64,000 bases of DNA from Clostridiales bacterium UBA7001 (GCA_002449785.1 DJXP01000004.1:21607-85606); one strand, 5' to 3'; positions 25,357 to 35,608 are shown, numbered from the stretch's first letter. Notes: generated from the letters alone by a model not told the origin. Numbers and translations: made by a program.

Positions 25357-26931
25357 ATGGAAAAAGTTTTGATAAACTTTAGTTTAATTCTTATATTAGT
25401 TTATTTTTATAAAATAACAAGGCATGGATTACATATTTTACAACTTGAAAACTATTATTTAGATAGATATGTTGTATGGATTAAGAAAAACATAAAAAAA
25501 GTAATTAGTATTAGAAATATTATTTTACTATTAATGCCAATAATTTGTTTTATAATTATTAAATCTGGAAAACTGTTATTAATATCATATATAATAGAAA
25601 TTTTAGTATTTATATATTTAATAATAAAGACCAAAAAACCTAAAGAAAAAAAAGCATTTGTTGTTACAGCGAGAATTAAAAGAGTTTATGTCACATATTT
25701 AGTATTATTCGTACTTGTTGCAGTTATTGCAAATATATTTGATGGAAAATATGCACTAATATTTTTGAACATATGTGCTATATTCGCATATTTTTTCGTT
25801 TATATTGTAAATTTAATAAATAGACCAATAGAAAAAAGTATTAGAAAAGGATTTTGTATCAAAGCAAAAAAGAAATTAAAAGAAATTCCTAATTTAAAAG
25901 TAATTGGAATTACTGGAAGTTACGGAAAAACTAGTACAAAATATGTGATTAATACGATTTTGTCTCAAAAATATAATACGCTTATGACACCTGAAAGTTA
26001 TAATACAACTATGGGAGTTGTAAGGACAATTAATGAGAAACTTACATCTTTACATCAATTATTTATATGTGAGATGGGAGCTAAATATGTTGGAGATATT
26101 AAGGAAATTACAGATATTGTTGAGCCAACATATGGAGTGTTAACTGCAATTGGACCTCAACATTTAGACACATTTAAAAGCTTAGAAAACGTTAAAAAAA
26201 CTAAACTTGAGTTGGTAGATAGTTTACCAGAAGATGGAATAGCTTTTGTAAATTGGGAAGATGAGAATATTAGAAATTCAAACATTACTAAAAATGTTGT
26301 AAAATTTGGTTTATCTAAAGAAGCAGATTATTATGCTACAAATATAAATATTACAGAAAGAGGTTCAAATTTTGATGTTGTAATCCCAGGAAAGGCTCCT
26401 ATAAAAATTAGAACAAGACTACTAGGTGATTTAAATGTATTAAATGTAGTAGGAGCTGTTGCAATAGCTGATAAACTTGGGCTTTCAGAAAATGAAATTA
26501 AAGCTGGTGCAAAATACATTAGACCTGTGCCACATAGATTAGAATTAAAGCAAAATGCAAATGGAAGTATAATTATAGATGATGCTTATAATTCTAATGT
26601 TAAAGGTGCTAATATGGCATTAGAAGTATTAAAATCATTTGTTGATAAAAAGAGAATATTAATTACACCAGGTATTGTTGAACTTGGAAATAAATCAGAA
26701 GAAATTAATAAAGAATTAGGCAAAAAAAGTGCAAAATGCTGTGATTATATAATTTTAGTAGGTGCTCAGCAAACAGTTCCAATATATAATGGAATTATTG
26801 AATCAGGGTATCCAGAATCACAATTATATATTGCAAAAAACTTGCAAGATGCATTATCACAAATGAATAAAATAATAACACCTAATAGTGTTGTTTTACT
26901 TGAGAACGATTTACCGGATAATTATTTATAA
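25357..26931 (+). CDS. murF: MurF-like Mur ligase (UDP-MurNAc-tripeptide--D-Ala-D-Ala ligase family) with a polytopic membrane N-terminal extension
   Basis: P-loop 'GITGSYGKTSTK', a 'DDAYNSN' C-terminal domain motif, and position next to ddl. The first ~170 aa form about 4-5 hydrophobic helices instead of the usual soluble domain 1. The track starts at 25339. Confidence 0.7.
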   Translation: MEKVLINFSLILILVYFYKITRHGLHILQLENYYLDRYVVWIKKNIKKVISIRNIILLLMPIICFIIIKSGKLLLISYIIEILVFIYLIIKTKKPKEKKAFVVTARIKRVYVTYLVLFVLVAVIANIFDGKYALIFLNICAIFAYFFVYIVNLINRPIEKSIRKGFCIKAKKKLKEIPNLKVIGITGSYGKTSTKYVINTILSQKYNTLMTPESYNTTMGVVRTINEKLTSLHQLFICEMGAKYVGDIKEITDIVEPTYGVLTAIGPQHLDTFKSLENVKKTKLELVDSLPEDGIAFVNWEDENIRNSNITKNVVKFGLSKEADYYATNINITERGSNFDVVIPGKAPIKIRTRLLGDLNVLNVVGAVAIADKLGLSENEIKAGAKYIRPVPHRLELKQNANGSIIIDDAYNSNVKGANMALEVLKSFVDKKRILITPGIVELGNKSEEINKELGKKSAKCCDYIILVGAQQTVPIYNGIIESGYPESQLYIAKNLQDALSQMNKIITPNSVVLLENDLPDNYL

Positions 26932-27083
26932 GGAAAGGATAAACAATAGGGAATTTATTTTATAATATGTGATATTTTCTAATTTGAAAAAGTAATGATT
27001 ATTGTAAGCATTATTAAATTTTAGTATGTCACTTTTGGTTGTTTTTACAGCCAAAAAAGGCTGTCCCTATTGGGTGTATAAAT

Positions 27084-28346
27084 ATGAAAATAAAAGTTGG
27101 AATTTTTTTTGGTGGGGAATCTGTTGAACACGAGATTTCAGTTATAACTATGAATCAGGCTATATCTAGTTTGAATTCAGAAAAATATGAAATAGTACCT
27201 ATATACATAGCTAAAAATGGAGTAATGTATACAGGTGACGATTTGTTAGATTTGTATTCTTTTAAAGATATGGATGTTTTACTTAAAAGATGTTATAAAG
27301 TTGCTGTTGTAAATGATGGAGAAAGTGTTAAAGTAGTTAAATGTCCGGCACCGATAATAGGAAAAAGGGTAATAAACACAATTGATGTAGCTTTTCCAAT
27401 TGTACATGGAACTAATTGCGAAGACGGAACTTTAGCAGGATTCTTAAATCTACTTAGAATTCCAGTTGTTGGGCCAGATATATTAGCTTCTAGTATTGGA
27501 ATGGATAAAATAATTCAGAAAAAAGTATTAAAAGAGTCTGGAATACCAGTTGTTGATTCTGTTTCTTTTTATTCTATGGAATATGTAAAAGATGAGGAAA
27601 AAATATTAAAAGAAATAAATGAGAAATTAGAATATCCTTTAATTGTAAAGCCAGGAAATTTAGGTTCTAGTGTAGGAATTAGAAAGGCTAAAAATAAGGT
27701 AGAGCTTGAAGAAGCAATAGAATTTTCAATGGAATTTTCTGATAGAATTCTTGTAGAAAAAGCTGTTGAAAATTTAAAAGAGATTAATTGCTCTGTAATT
27801 GGAAATTTAGCTGAAGGTGAAGCTTCTGTATGCGAAGAACCATGCTTTACAGACGAAATTTTAAGTTATGCTGATAAATATATAGGAGATGGAAAAGCAA
27901 AAGGAGGAACAATTTCAGGCGGTAAAAATGCTAATATTAAATTTGGTGCTAAAACCTCACCAAGTAAAACAGGATCAAATAGTGGATTTTCAAATAAAAA
28001 AATACCAGCAGAAATAAGTGAAGAAAAAACAAAAGAAATTCAAAAATTATCTAAAGAAGTGTTTAAAATTTTAGGATGTAGTGGTGTTGCAAGAATAGAC
28101 TTCTTAATGGATACTAAAGAAAATAAAGTATATGTAAATGAGATAAATGAAATACCAGGTGCTCTTTCATATTACTTATGGGAAGCAACGGGAAAGAGTT
28201 TTGAACAAGAATTAGATGAAATAATAGATATAGCAATAAAAAGACATAGAGATAAAGAAAAACTAACTTTTTCATATGATCAAAATATTTTAGCAATGCA
28301 AGGTGGAGTAAAGGGAAGTAAAGGAACAAAAACTATAAAAAAATAA
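27084..28346 (+). CDS. ddl: D-alanine--D-alanine ligase, long form with a G/K/S-rich insertion
   Basis: 'MKIKVGIFFGGESVEHEISV', 'PIVHGTNCEDGTLAGFLNLLRIPVVG', 'PLIVKPGNLGSSVGI' and 'VNEINEIPG' are ATP-grasp Ddl motifs. ATG 27084 is preferred over the track's TTG 27039. Confidence 0.85.
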   Translation: MKIKVGIFFGGESVEHEISVITMNQAISSLNSEKYEIVPIYIAKNGVMYTGDDLLDLYSFKDMDVLLKRCYKVAVVNDGESVKVVKCPAPIIGKRVINTIDVAFPIVHGTNCEDGTLAGFLNLLRIPVVGPDILASSIGMDKIIQKKVLKESGIPVVDSVSFYSMEYVKDEEKILKEINEKLEYPLIVKPGNLGSSVGIRKAKNKVELEEAIEFSMEFSDRILVEKAVENLKEINCSVIGNLAEGEASVCEEPCFTDEILSYADKYIGDGKAKGGTISGGKNANIKFGAKTSPSKTGSNSGFSNKKIPAEISEEKTKEIQKLSKEVFKILGCSGVARIDFLMDTKENKVYVNEINEIPGALSYYLWEATGKSFEQELDEIIDIAIKRHRDKEKLTFSYDQNILAMQGGVKGSKGTKTIKK

Positions 28347-28430
28347 TATAATTAAATTAAAAAACTTCACAAAAAAAGATGAAAATGATATAATAAAAAC
28401 GAATTTAAAAAAAGTTCGGGGGATGTTGAA

Positions 28431-29333
28431 ATGATATTTAAGGATTATTACAAAATACTTGGTTTAGAAACAAATAAAGTAAATAGTACACAAATTAAGA
28501 CTGCATATAGAGAACAAGCTAAAAAATATCATCCTGATGTGAATATTGCTAATAAAAAATATGAAGAACGATTTAAAGATATAAATGAGGCATATAGAGT
28601 ACTTTCAAGTAGCAGTAGTAAAAGAAAATATGATAGAATGTGGAATAGAAATGTTGGAAAGAAAAATGCTTCATATGAAGAAAGTAAAAGAAGTAAAGAT
28701 TCATTATTTAGTGATTTCTTTAATATGTTTTTTGGGACAGTAGAAGAAAAAAGTGTTACAAATAAAAAAGAAAAGAAGATGCCATCTAAAGGTGAAAATA
28801 TAGAGACAGAAATAAATGTTTCAATTGAAGATGCATTTAGAGGAAAAGAACAAACAGTAGGAATAAGAACAATTGAAGGAAAAATTAAAAAGTTTAAAAT
28901 ACAAGTTCCCCCTGGAATACAAAATAATGAAAAAATTAGAATAATAGGTCAGGGAAAAGCTGGTAAAAATGGTGGTAAAAACGGTGACTTATTTATTAGA
29001 GTAAAAATTAATAATAATGAAAAATTTGAGCTTGATGGATATGATTTAAAAACAAATTTATATTTAACACCATGGGAAGCGGCTTTAAGTACTAAAGTTA
29101 CATTAAGTGGAATAAATGAAGATGTTTCTGTATATGTTCCTTCAGGAATACAAAGTGGTGAAAAAATAGTTATTGAAAATAAAGGCTACAAAAACGGAAA
29201 AGGTGGAAGAGGTAATTTGATTTTAGATACTAAAATAATGATTCCTAAAGAGTTAAATGATGAAGAACTGAAATTATTTAAAAAACTAGATAAAATATGT
29301 TCATTTAATCCACGAGGGGAAAATGCAATTTAG
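28431..29333 (+). CDS. J-domain co-chaperone, CbpA/DnaJ-like and lacking the Zn finger
   Basis: 'DYYKILGLETNKVNSTQIKTAYREQAKKYHPDVN' includes the HPD motif, and DnaJ C-terminal domains follow. Confidence 0.8.
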   Translation: MIFKDYYKILGLETNKVNSTQIKTAYREQAKKYHPDVNIANKKYEERFKDINEAYRVLSSSSSKRKYDRMWNRNVGKKNASYEESKRSKDSLFSDFFNMFFGTVEEKSVTNKKEKKMPSKGENIETEINVSIEDAFRGKEQTVGIRTIEGKIKKFKIQVPPGIQNNEKIRIIGQGKAGKNGGKNGDLFIRVKINNNEKFELDGYDLKTNLYLTPWEAALSTKVTLSGINEDVSVYVPSGIQSGEKIVIENKGYKNGKGGRGNLILDTKIMIPKELNDEELKLFKKLDKICSFNPRGENAI

Positions 29334-29390
29334 TTAATTAAATTTAATTAGTATATACACCTGAAAGTTGACATAAATCGTCAAAAATAA

Positions 29391-29419
29391 TTGACAATTA
29401 ATAGTTAGTGATATATAAT
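29391..29419 (+). promoter_or_regulatory. Strong SigA-type promoter of the 29482-32494 cluster
   Basis: TTGACA (29391-29396), a 17-nt spacer, then TATAAT (29414-29419). Confidence 0.65.
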
Positions 29420-29481
29420 TATATATGTAGCTAAAGAAAAAAGCCACTTTGCAGTGGATAATATAAAGGAGAGAAATAATA

Positions 29482-29994
29482 ATGGTAGAAGATTTTTTAC
29501 ACGGAAAGTATTTTAGTATTACAGATCCACAAGAAGTAAATACTGTAATATATAAAGTAAATAGAACCGCAAAGGAATTTATAAAAACTTCTTCTAAATA
29601 TAATGTGGAAAGGCTGGATTTTACAGAAGAATATGTTGGTAGCAATAAAAAGAAAACTTTTTTTGTAAGTAATCCTGCACCAGAAGGAAATCCACTTTTA
29701 ATTTTTTCTTTTGCAAAAGAAAAAGTCGTAATAAATATGGGATTTCTAGACTACGATACAATTAAAATTTCTAAAAAACCAATGCCAATGAAATATAAGT
29801 TTGTATCTAGTGAAGAAGAAGATTATAAAGAATTTCCTTATACTCCAAATATGAAAAGGCCTTTTTCAATAATAGACCCAGAAACAACTGAGGAGATTAA
29901 ACCAACTTTATATTTTGATGAGGAGGCTAATGAAGTAAAGGGAAAATGCAAGTTAAAACCAAATAAAAAGTATTTTATTTTTGAAATAATGTAG
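29482..29994 (+). CDS. Hypothetical protein of 170 aa
   Basis: ORF with RBS AAAGGAGAG. No recognisable motif. Confidence 0.55.
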   Translation: MVEDFLHGKYFSITDPQEVNTVIYKVNRTAKEFIKTSSKYNVERLDFTEEYVGSNKKKTFFVSNPAPEGNPLLIFSFAKEKVVINMGFLDYDTIKISKKPMPMKYKFVSSEEEDYKEFPYTPNMKRPFSIIDPETTEEIKPTLYFDEEANEVKGKCKLKPNKKYFIFEIM

Positions 29995-30021
29995 AAAGAG
30001 ACTGAAGGGAGATTAAAATAT

Positions 30022-30396
30022 ATGGAAGATAAAACTACAAAGCCAAGTGGTGGTAGTGATAAAAATAAAGAATTACCAGTGAAGAATGTTTCAGACAAAG
30101 AGATTAAAGATTTGGCTAGAGCTTATTTTGGAGATGATTTTAATAAGTTAAATCCACATTTCCTTTTAGATGAATTTAGTGGAATTGGAGAACTTGAATC
30201 TAGTGATCCAAAGTATAAAGCAGCAGTAATGGATGAAAATACATTTGCAGATGGCAATTATGTAGAAAAACCAACAAAAAGTGGAAAAAATAAAAGTATG
30301 GTAGAGAGTTCTTCTAAAGAAAACAAAAAAGGTAGACCTAAAAAAACCAGAGAACCACATGAAAAAGATGATGCTTCAGAAGAACAGTCTAAATAA
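30022..30396 (+). CDS. Hypothetical charged protein with an AT-hook-like 'KKGRPKKT' near the C-terminus
   Basis: ORF with RBS GAAGGGAG. A GRP core flanked by K/R is visible. Confidence 0.5.
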   Translation: MEDKTTKPSGGSDKNKELPVKNVSDKEIKDLARAYFGDDFNKLNPHFLLDEFSGIGELESSDPKYKAAVMDENTFADGNYVEKPTKSGKNKSMVESSSKENKKGRPKKTREPHEKDDASEEQSK

Positions 30397-30438
30397 TTAA
30401 ATTATCTTTATTATATTCAGAAGAAAAAAGGTGAAAAA

Positions 30439-32494
30439 ATGGGATTTTTTGAAAAATTAAGAAGAGCTATAAAAAAAATAAAAGGTAAATTAATAGTAAG
30501 TTCAATTTTAATACTTGTAATTATTGTATGGGGAATTGCTCCATTTAGTACAGCTATTAAAGATGGATTAAGAGAAGCAACAGGAAGAGATACTGTAAAT
30601 TGGGAAGTATTATTAATGAATTTGGGATTAGGACTTACTAAACCACTAGAACAGCTAAAAAAATGTATTTTTGAGGATGAATATAGATATTCATTTTGGC
30701 TTGTAACAAGATCATTTTTAGGATTTTATGCATTGTTTGTTATTATTGGAATAATTAGGGCTATTCCTAAAAGTGAATATGAAGACATTGAAAATGGTTC
30801 AAGTGATTGGAGTGAGCATGGAGAACAATATAGAGTTCTAAGTAAAAACAAAGGTATTGTTCTTGCTGAAAAGAACTATCTACCAGTTGATAAACGTGGA
30901 AATGTTAATGTTTTAATTGTACGGAGGTTCTGGTGCTGGTAAATCAGCATCATATGTTATTCCAAATGCACTTCAATTATTAGGTTCATACGTTTTTACA
31001 GACCCAAAAGGTGAATTATATGACAAAACAGCAGGATATTTTAAAGCAAAAGGCTATGATGTTAAAGTATTAAATTTAGTACACCCACAAAATAGTGATG
31101 GATATAATCCACTTCACCATATTAATAATGAAATAGATGTAGATATTATTGCAAACACTATTGTTAAAGGACAAGGCGATGGAAGTAAGAGTTCTGATCC
31201 ATTCTGGGATGATATGTCTGAAATGTTAATGAAAGCATTAATATATTATTTAAAAGCCACTAGACCACCAGAAGAACAATCCTTAGCAAGTTGTTCAGAA
31301 CTTGTTAGAACTGCTAATAGTAGTGGAGGAGACAACTTACTTACAAACTTAATGAATCAATTACCATTTGATCATCCAGCAAGAATGTATTATAAAAATA
31401 TTGAGATGCTTCCAGAAAAAACCTTTGGTTCAGTTCTAGGAACATTACAATCAAAACTTGGAAAATTTGATTCAAAAGAAATAGCAGAAGTTACATCAAC
31501 AAATACAATAGACTTTACAGATATTGGTAGGAAAAAAACGGCAGTTTATGTTATATCATCAGATACACATACTGCATATGATTTCTTACTTACAATATTT
31601 TTCTCACAAATGATACAACAATTATATGATTTTGCTGATAATTCAGGTGGAGCATTACCTATTCCTACATATTTCATACTTGACGAGTTTGCAAACATTG
31701 GACAAATACCAGATTTTGACAAAAAAATATCTACTTCAAGAAGTAGAAAAATATCATTTAGTGTTATATTACAGAACTTAGACCAGTTAGAAGATGTATA
31801 TGAAAAAGCATATGAAACAATAATTGGTAACTGTGATACACATGTATTTTTAGGTTCAAACTCTCAAAAAACAGTTGAATATTTTTCAAAAGCTCTTGGT
31901 GAAAAAACTATAACAAGAGACAATATATCTGTAAACAAAGATAGAGAAGACTGGAAACAAGGTAAGAGTGAGTCTGACCAAATAATGGGTAGAGCATTAA
32001 TGACTCCAGATGAACTTAGAAGAATGGATAATGACCTATGTATTATTTATGAAAAAGGATTAAAACCAATTAAAGCTAATAAGTATTATTACTTTAAATA
32101 TCCTGAAGGAAAGATTGTTACACGATATAAAGCAAATCACAATGATGTTAATGTTGAAAGAGGTGTATGGAGAAAGTATAATCCATATAATCCTTATGTT
32201 GAAGAATCTGATTCTAATTCAGGTTCAGAAGTTCAAAACTCATTAGAAGACTTAGATAGTTTATTTGATGATGATGTTAACAATTCAGATAATAAATCAA
32301 ATAATAATGATAGTAATTATAGTTTTAATACTATAGATAATAATAATGATAATAAAAATACAAATTCATCAATGAGAATGTCAGCAGAACCATCAACTAA
32401 GCCTGAAGATAAAAGACAAGCTGAGCTTCTAGATATTCAAAAAGAACTAGAAGCAAAATTTGATGAACTGTTTGGAACTAGTGATGATGAGTAA
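30439..32494 (+). CDS. VirD4/TraG-family type IV coupling protein (T4CP)-like ATPase; the reading frame needs a +1 shift at 30922-30924, so pipelines would call it frameshifted or pseudo
   Basis: There are two N-terminal TM helices. After skipping one nt the sequence reads 'NVNVLIV-GGSGAGKS-ASYVIPN' (Walker A). Walker B is 'YFILDEFANIG'. The two ORF pieces are 30439-30942 and 30917-32494. Confidence 0.8.
30922..30924 (+). other. Frame-break site: in-frame CGG (GTA CGG A) overlapping the +1 Gly codon GGA
   Basis: CGG is in the frame of ATG 30439 ((30922-30439)/3 = 161). The zero frame stops 6 codons later, and the +1 frame restores Walker A. Confidence 0.6.
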
Positions 32495-32553
32495 GTTAGA
32501 TTTAAAGGGGCTATAGTATAAATAGTCTCTTTTTTATTAAGAAAGGAAAATAT

Positions 32554-33630
32554 ATGAAGTTTGTACACATAGCAGATATGCATTTTGATATACCATTTAC
32601 TTCTTTAAATACAAGAGAAGGATTAGGAGAAAAAAGAAGATTAGAGCAAAGAAATGTATTTAAAAAAGTAATTAATTATATTAAAGATAATAGCATAGAA
32701 TATTTTTTTATAGCAGGAGATTTATATGAACATGAATATGTAAAAAAATCAACAATTGAATTTATTATTAATTGTTTTCATGAAATACCAAATACTAAAG
32801 TGTTTATTACACCTGGAAATCATGACCCTTATATAAAAGGCTCATATTATGAGACATATAATTTTGGAGATAATGTATGTATTTTTAACAAATCTCAAAT
32901 AGAAAAATATGAAGATAAAAATGTAAATATATATGGACTAGCTTTTACAGAGTTTTATATGGAAGAGTCTCCACTTTTAGATGTATATCCAGAGAATAAT
33001 ACAAAGGTTAATATTCTTATATCTCACTGTGACTTAAACGGTGGAAAAGATGCAGATGGTTTTTCTTATAATCCAATTTTAGAGTCAAAATTAAATGCCT
33101 TAGAATTTGATTATATAGCTATTGGACATATTCATAAAAGCAATATTGAAACAGCAAAAAAAGCATATTATCCTGGCTCACCTATTTCTCTTGGATTTGA
33201 TGAACTTGGAAAGCATGGAATGATTGTTGGAGAAATAAATAAAGATAGTTTTGATATTGAGTTTGTACCATTAGATAGTAGAGAATTTAAAGTGGTAGAA
33301 ATTGATGTTACAAATTTTGCTTCAAGAGAAGATTTGGTTGAGAATTTATTAGATATTAATTTAGAAAGAAAAAATTTATATAAATTCGTATTAACAGGAT
33401 ATAGGAATTTTGAAATAGATGTAAGACAGCTCTTAAAAGCCGTTAATATAGAAAATGTGCTTAAAATAAAAGATTGTACAAAAATTAGTTATGATGTAGA
33501 AGAACTTGCAAAACAAAATAATCTTAAAGGAATTTTTGTAAGAGAAGCAATTAAAGCATATAATTCTGGACAATGTACAGAAGAAGAACTTCAAAAGGCA
33601 ATTGAAATTGGCTTAGATGTTATGAAATAA
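32554..33630 (+). CDS. Metallophosphoesterase DNA-repair exonuclease, SbcD/YhaO-like
   Basis: Calcineurin-like phosphoesterase motifs 'HIADMHFD', 'GDLYEH', 'GNHD' and 'GHIH' are present. Confidence 0.8.
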   Translation: MKFVHIADMHFDIPFTSLNTREGLGEKRRLEQRNVFKKVINYIKDNSIEYFFIAGDLYEHEYVKKSTIEFIINCFHEIPNTKVFITPGNHDPYIKGSYYETYNFGDNVCIFNKSQIEKYEDKNVNIYGLAFTEFYMEESPLLDVYPENNTKVNILISHCDLNGGKDADGFSYNPILESKLNALEFDYIAIGHIHKSNIETAKKAYYPGSPISLGFDELGKHGMIVGEINKDSFDIEFVPLDSREFKVVEIDVTNFASREDLVENLLDINLERKNLYKFVLTGYRNFEIDVRQLLKAVNIENVLKIKDCTKISYDVEELAKQNNLKGIFVREAIKAYNSGQCTEEELQKAIEIGLDVMK

Positions 33631-33656
33631 AAATACTTTTTAGAAGGGATAAAGGC

Positions 33657-35531
33657 ATGAAAATAGATTATTTAAAAATAAATGGTTTCGGAAAACTAGA
33701 AAATAAAAATATAGATTTTGATGACAAAATAAATGTTGTATTTGGTGAGAATGAATCTGGAAAATCAAGTGTTTTAAAATTTATTGCAAGTATGCTATAT
33801 GGTGCTTCAAAAAATAAGAATGGTAAAGATGTTTCTGATTTTGATAAATTTAAGCCGTGGCAAATCGAAGATTTTTCAGGAAAGATTGCATATAAATTAG
33901 ATAGTGGAGAATATTTTGAAGTATATAGAGAATTTAAGAAAAAAAATCCAATAATATATAATGAAAATAAAGAAGATATTTCTAAACAGTTTGTAATTGA
34001 TAAAAATAAAGGAATAGATTTTTTTACAGAACAAACTGGTATTGATGAAGAAACTTTTTATAATACTGCAATAAATGAACAAGAAGGATTAAAACTAAGT
34101 AGGTCAGGACAAACATCAATTATTCAAAAAATTAGTAATCTTATTTCATCAGGTGATGATAGTATTTCTTTTAAAAAGTCTATGGATAGATTAAATAAAA
34201 GACAAAATGAGGAAGTTGGAACTGATAGAACTTTTCAAAGACCTATAAATACAGTTACAAATAGAATTAATAAACTTATGGATGAAAAATTAAGTTTAGA
34301 AACTTATAAAGAAAGTATATATGATACAACTAATCAAAAAGAAAATTTGGAAGAAGAAGAAAAAATTGAAGAAGTCAAAATAGCATTTTTAAGAGAAGTT
34401 AAAACAAAGCTTGATAATAATCGAGTAAAAAGTGCAGAAATTAATTTTAATAAGAATTTAGAAAATGAATATAATCAGAAAATAATTGATTTAAATCAAA
34501 AAATAGAAAATCAGCATGGAGAAGATAAATATAAGAGTGTAAATCTTAAAACTCATTATATTTCAGCCATAATTTTAATTATTGCATTGGTTTTAGTATT
34601 AATATTTTCAAGTATAAAAATTATTTCTTTAGCTATAATTGCACCATTAATATTTGTTCTTTACAACATATATATAAATATGCAAAAAAAGAAAGAATAT
34701 GAGAAAACAAGAAGTGATGACAACACTAAAATGATAAATGAAATCGAAATTTTAAAACAAAATAAAGAAGTAAAATCGAATGAGACTAAGGAAAAAGAAG
34801 AAAAGCTTTTTAATGAAATAAAACGAGAAAATGAGTATTTAACTAATAAATATATTAGTAAATTAGATAGTGGTTTTATAAATGAGAGTTTAGATAAAAA
34901 TTATGATGAACTTATAAAAGATATAGAAATAAGAGAGAAAAGATTAAATACTATAAAATTCAAATTACAATCAATGGAAAAAGCAAGTAAAGATTTAGAA
35001 GAGAAAATAGATAATTTAGCAAAGATTGAAGAAGAATTAGAAGATTTAGAGCAAGAAAAAGATGAATTATTGTCTTTGAATAATTCGTATAATATTGCTA
35101 AAAATTGTTTAGAAAATGCATATAATCAGGTGAAAGAAAATATTAGTCCTAAGTTTACTAAAAACTTATGTAAAATAATCTCAGAAATTTCTGATGACAG
35201 GTATAAAAATGTAGTAATTAATGATAATGATGGACTTAAAGTAGAAGTAGAAAATGGTAATTATGTACCTGTTTCAAGGCTTAGTGTGGGAACAATAGAC
35301 CAAATGTATTTATCTTTAAGATTAAGTGCATTATCTGAAATATCAAAAGAAACTATGCCAATAATACTAGATGAAGCATTTGCTTATTTTGATGACGAAA
35401 GGTTAAAAAATATATTAAAATATTTAAATAATAATTATTCTAAAAATCAAATTATAATTTTAACATGCTCAAAGAGAGAAATGAATTTATTAGATGAACT
35501 TGATATTAAATATAATAAGTTAGTTATTTAA
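33657..35531 (+). CDS. SbcC/YhaN-like AAA ATPase with a coiled coil and a central pair of TM helices
   Basis: Walker A is 'GENESGKSS' and the signature/Walker B region is 'LSVGTIDQMYLSLRL...IILDEAFAYFD'. The hydrophobic segment is 'YISAIILIIALVLVLIFSSIKIISLAIIAPLIFVLYNIYI'. Confidence 0.75.
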   Translation: MKIDYLKINGFGKLENKNIDFDDKINVVFGENESGKSSVLKFIASMLYGASKNKNGKDVSDFDKFKPWQIEDFSGKIAYKLDSGEYFEVYREFKKKNPIIYNENKEDISKQFVIDKNKGIDFFTEQTGIDEETFYNTAINEQEGLKLSRSGQTSIIQKISNLISSGDDSISFKKSMDRLNKRQNEEVGTDRTFQRPINTVTNRINKLMDEKLSLETYKESIYDTTNQKENLEEEEKIEEVKIAFLREVKTKLDNNRVKSAEINFNKNLENEYNQKIIDLNQKIENQHGEDKYKSVNLKTHYISAIILIIALVLVLIFSSIKIISLAIIAPLIFVLYNIYINMQKKKEYEKTRSDDNTKMINEIEILKQNKEVKSNETKEKEEKLFNEIKRENEYLTNKYISKLDSGFINESLDKNYDELIKDIEIREKRLNTIKFKLQSMEKASKDLEEKIDNLAKIEEELEDLEQEKDELLSLNNSYNIAKNCLENAYNQVKENISPKFTKNLCKIISEISDDRYKNVVINDNDGLKVEVENGNYVPVSRLSVGTIDQMYLSLRLSALSEISKETMPIILDEAFAYFDDERLKNILKYLNNNYSKNQIIILTCSKREMNLLDELDIKYNKLVI

Positions 35532-35608
35532 TTAAGGTAGTTCTCTTGCTGTTTGATAAATGATGTGATATAATATTATAGCAATTTAAATGAAAAGGAA
35601 GTTTTAAT

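Noticed and set aside
29334-29645. 103-aa minus-strand ORF between the dnaJ-like gene and the 29482 ORF
   Set aside because: It overlaps a strong + strand promoter and the 5' end of the + strand gene. Its hydrophobic, low-complexity translation has no RBS.
30439-35531. T4CP-like ATPase plus SbcCD-like pair as a single anti-phage defence system
   Set aside because: The nuclease/ATPase pair looks like the broadly conserved YhaO/YhaN housekeeping pair and has its own RBSs. There is no defence-island context such as RM, abortive-infection or integrase genes. The association is kept only as separate low-to-medium-interest notes.
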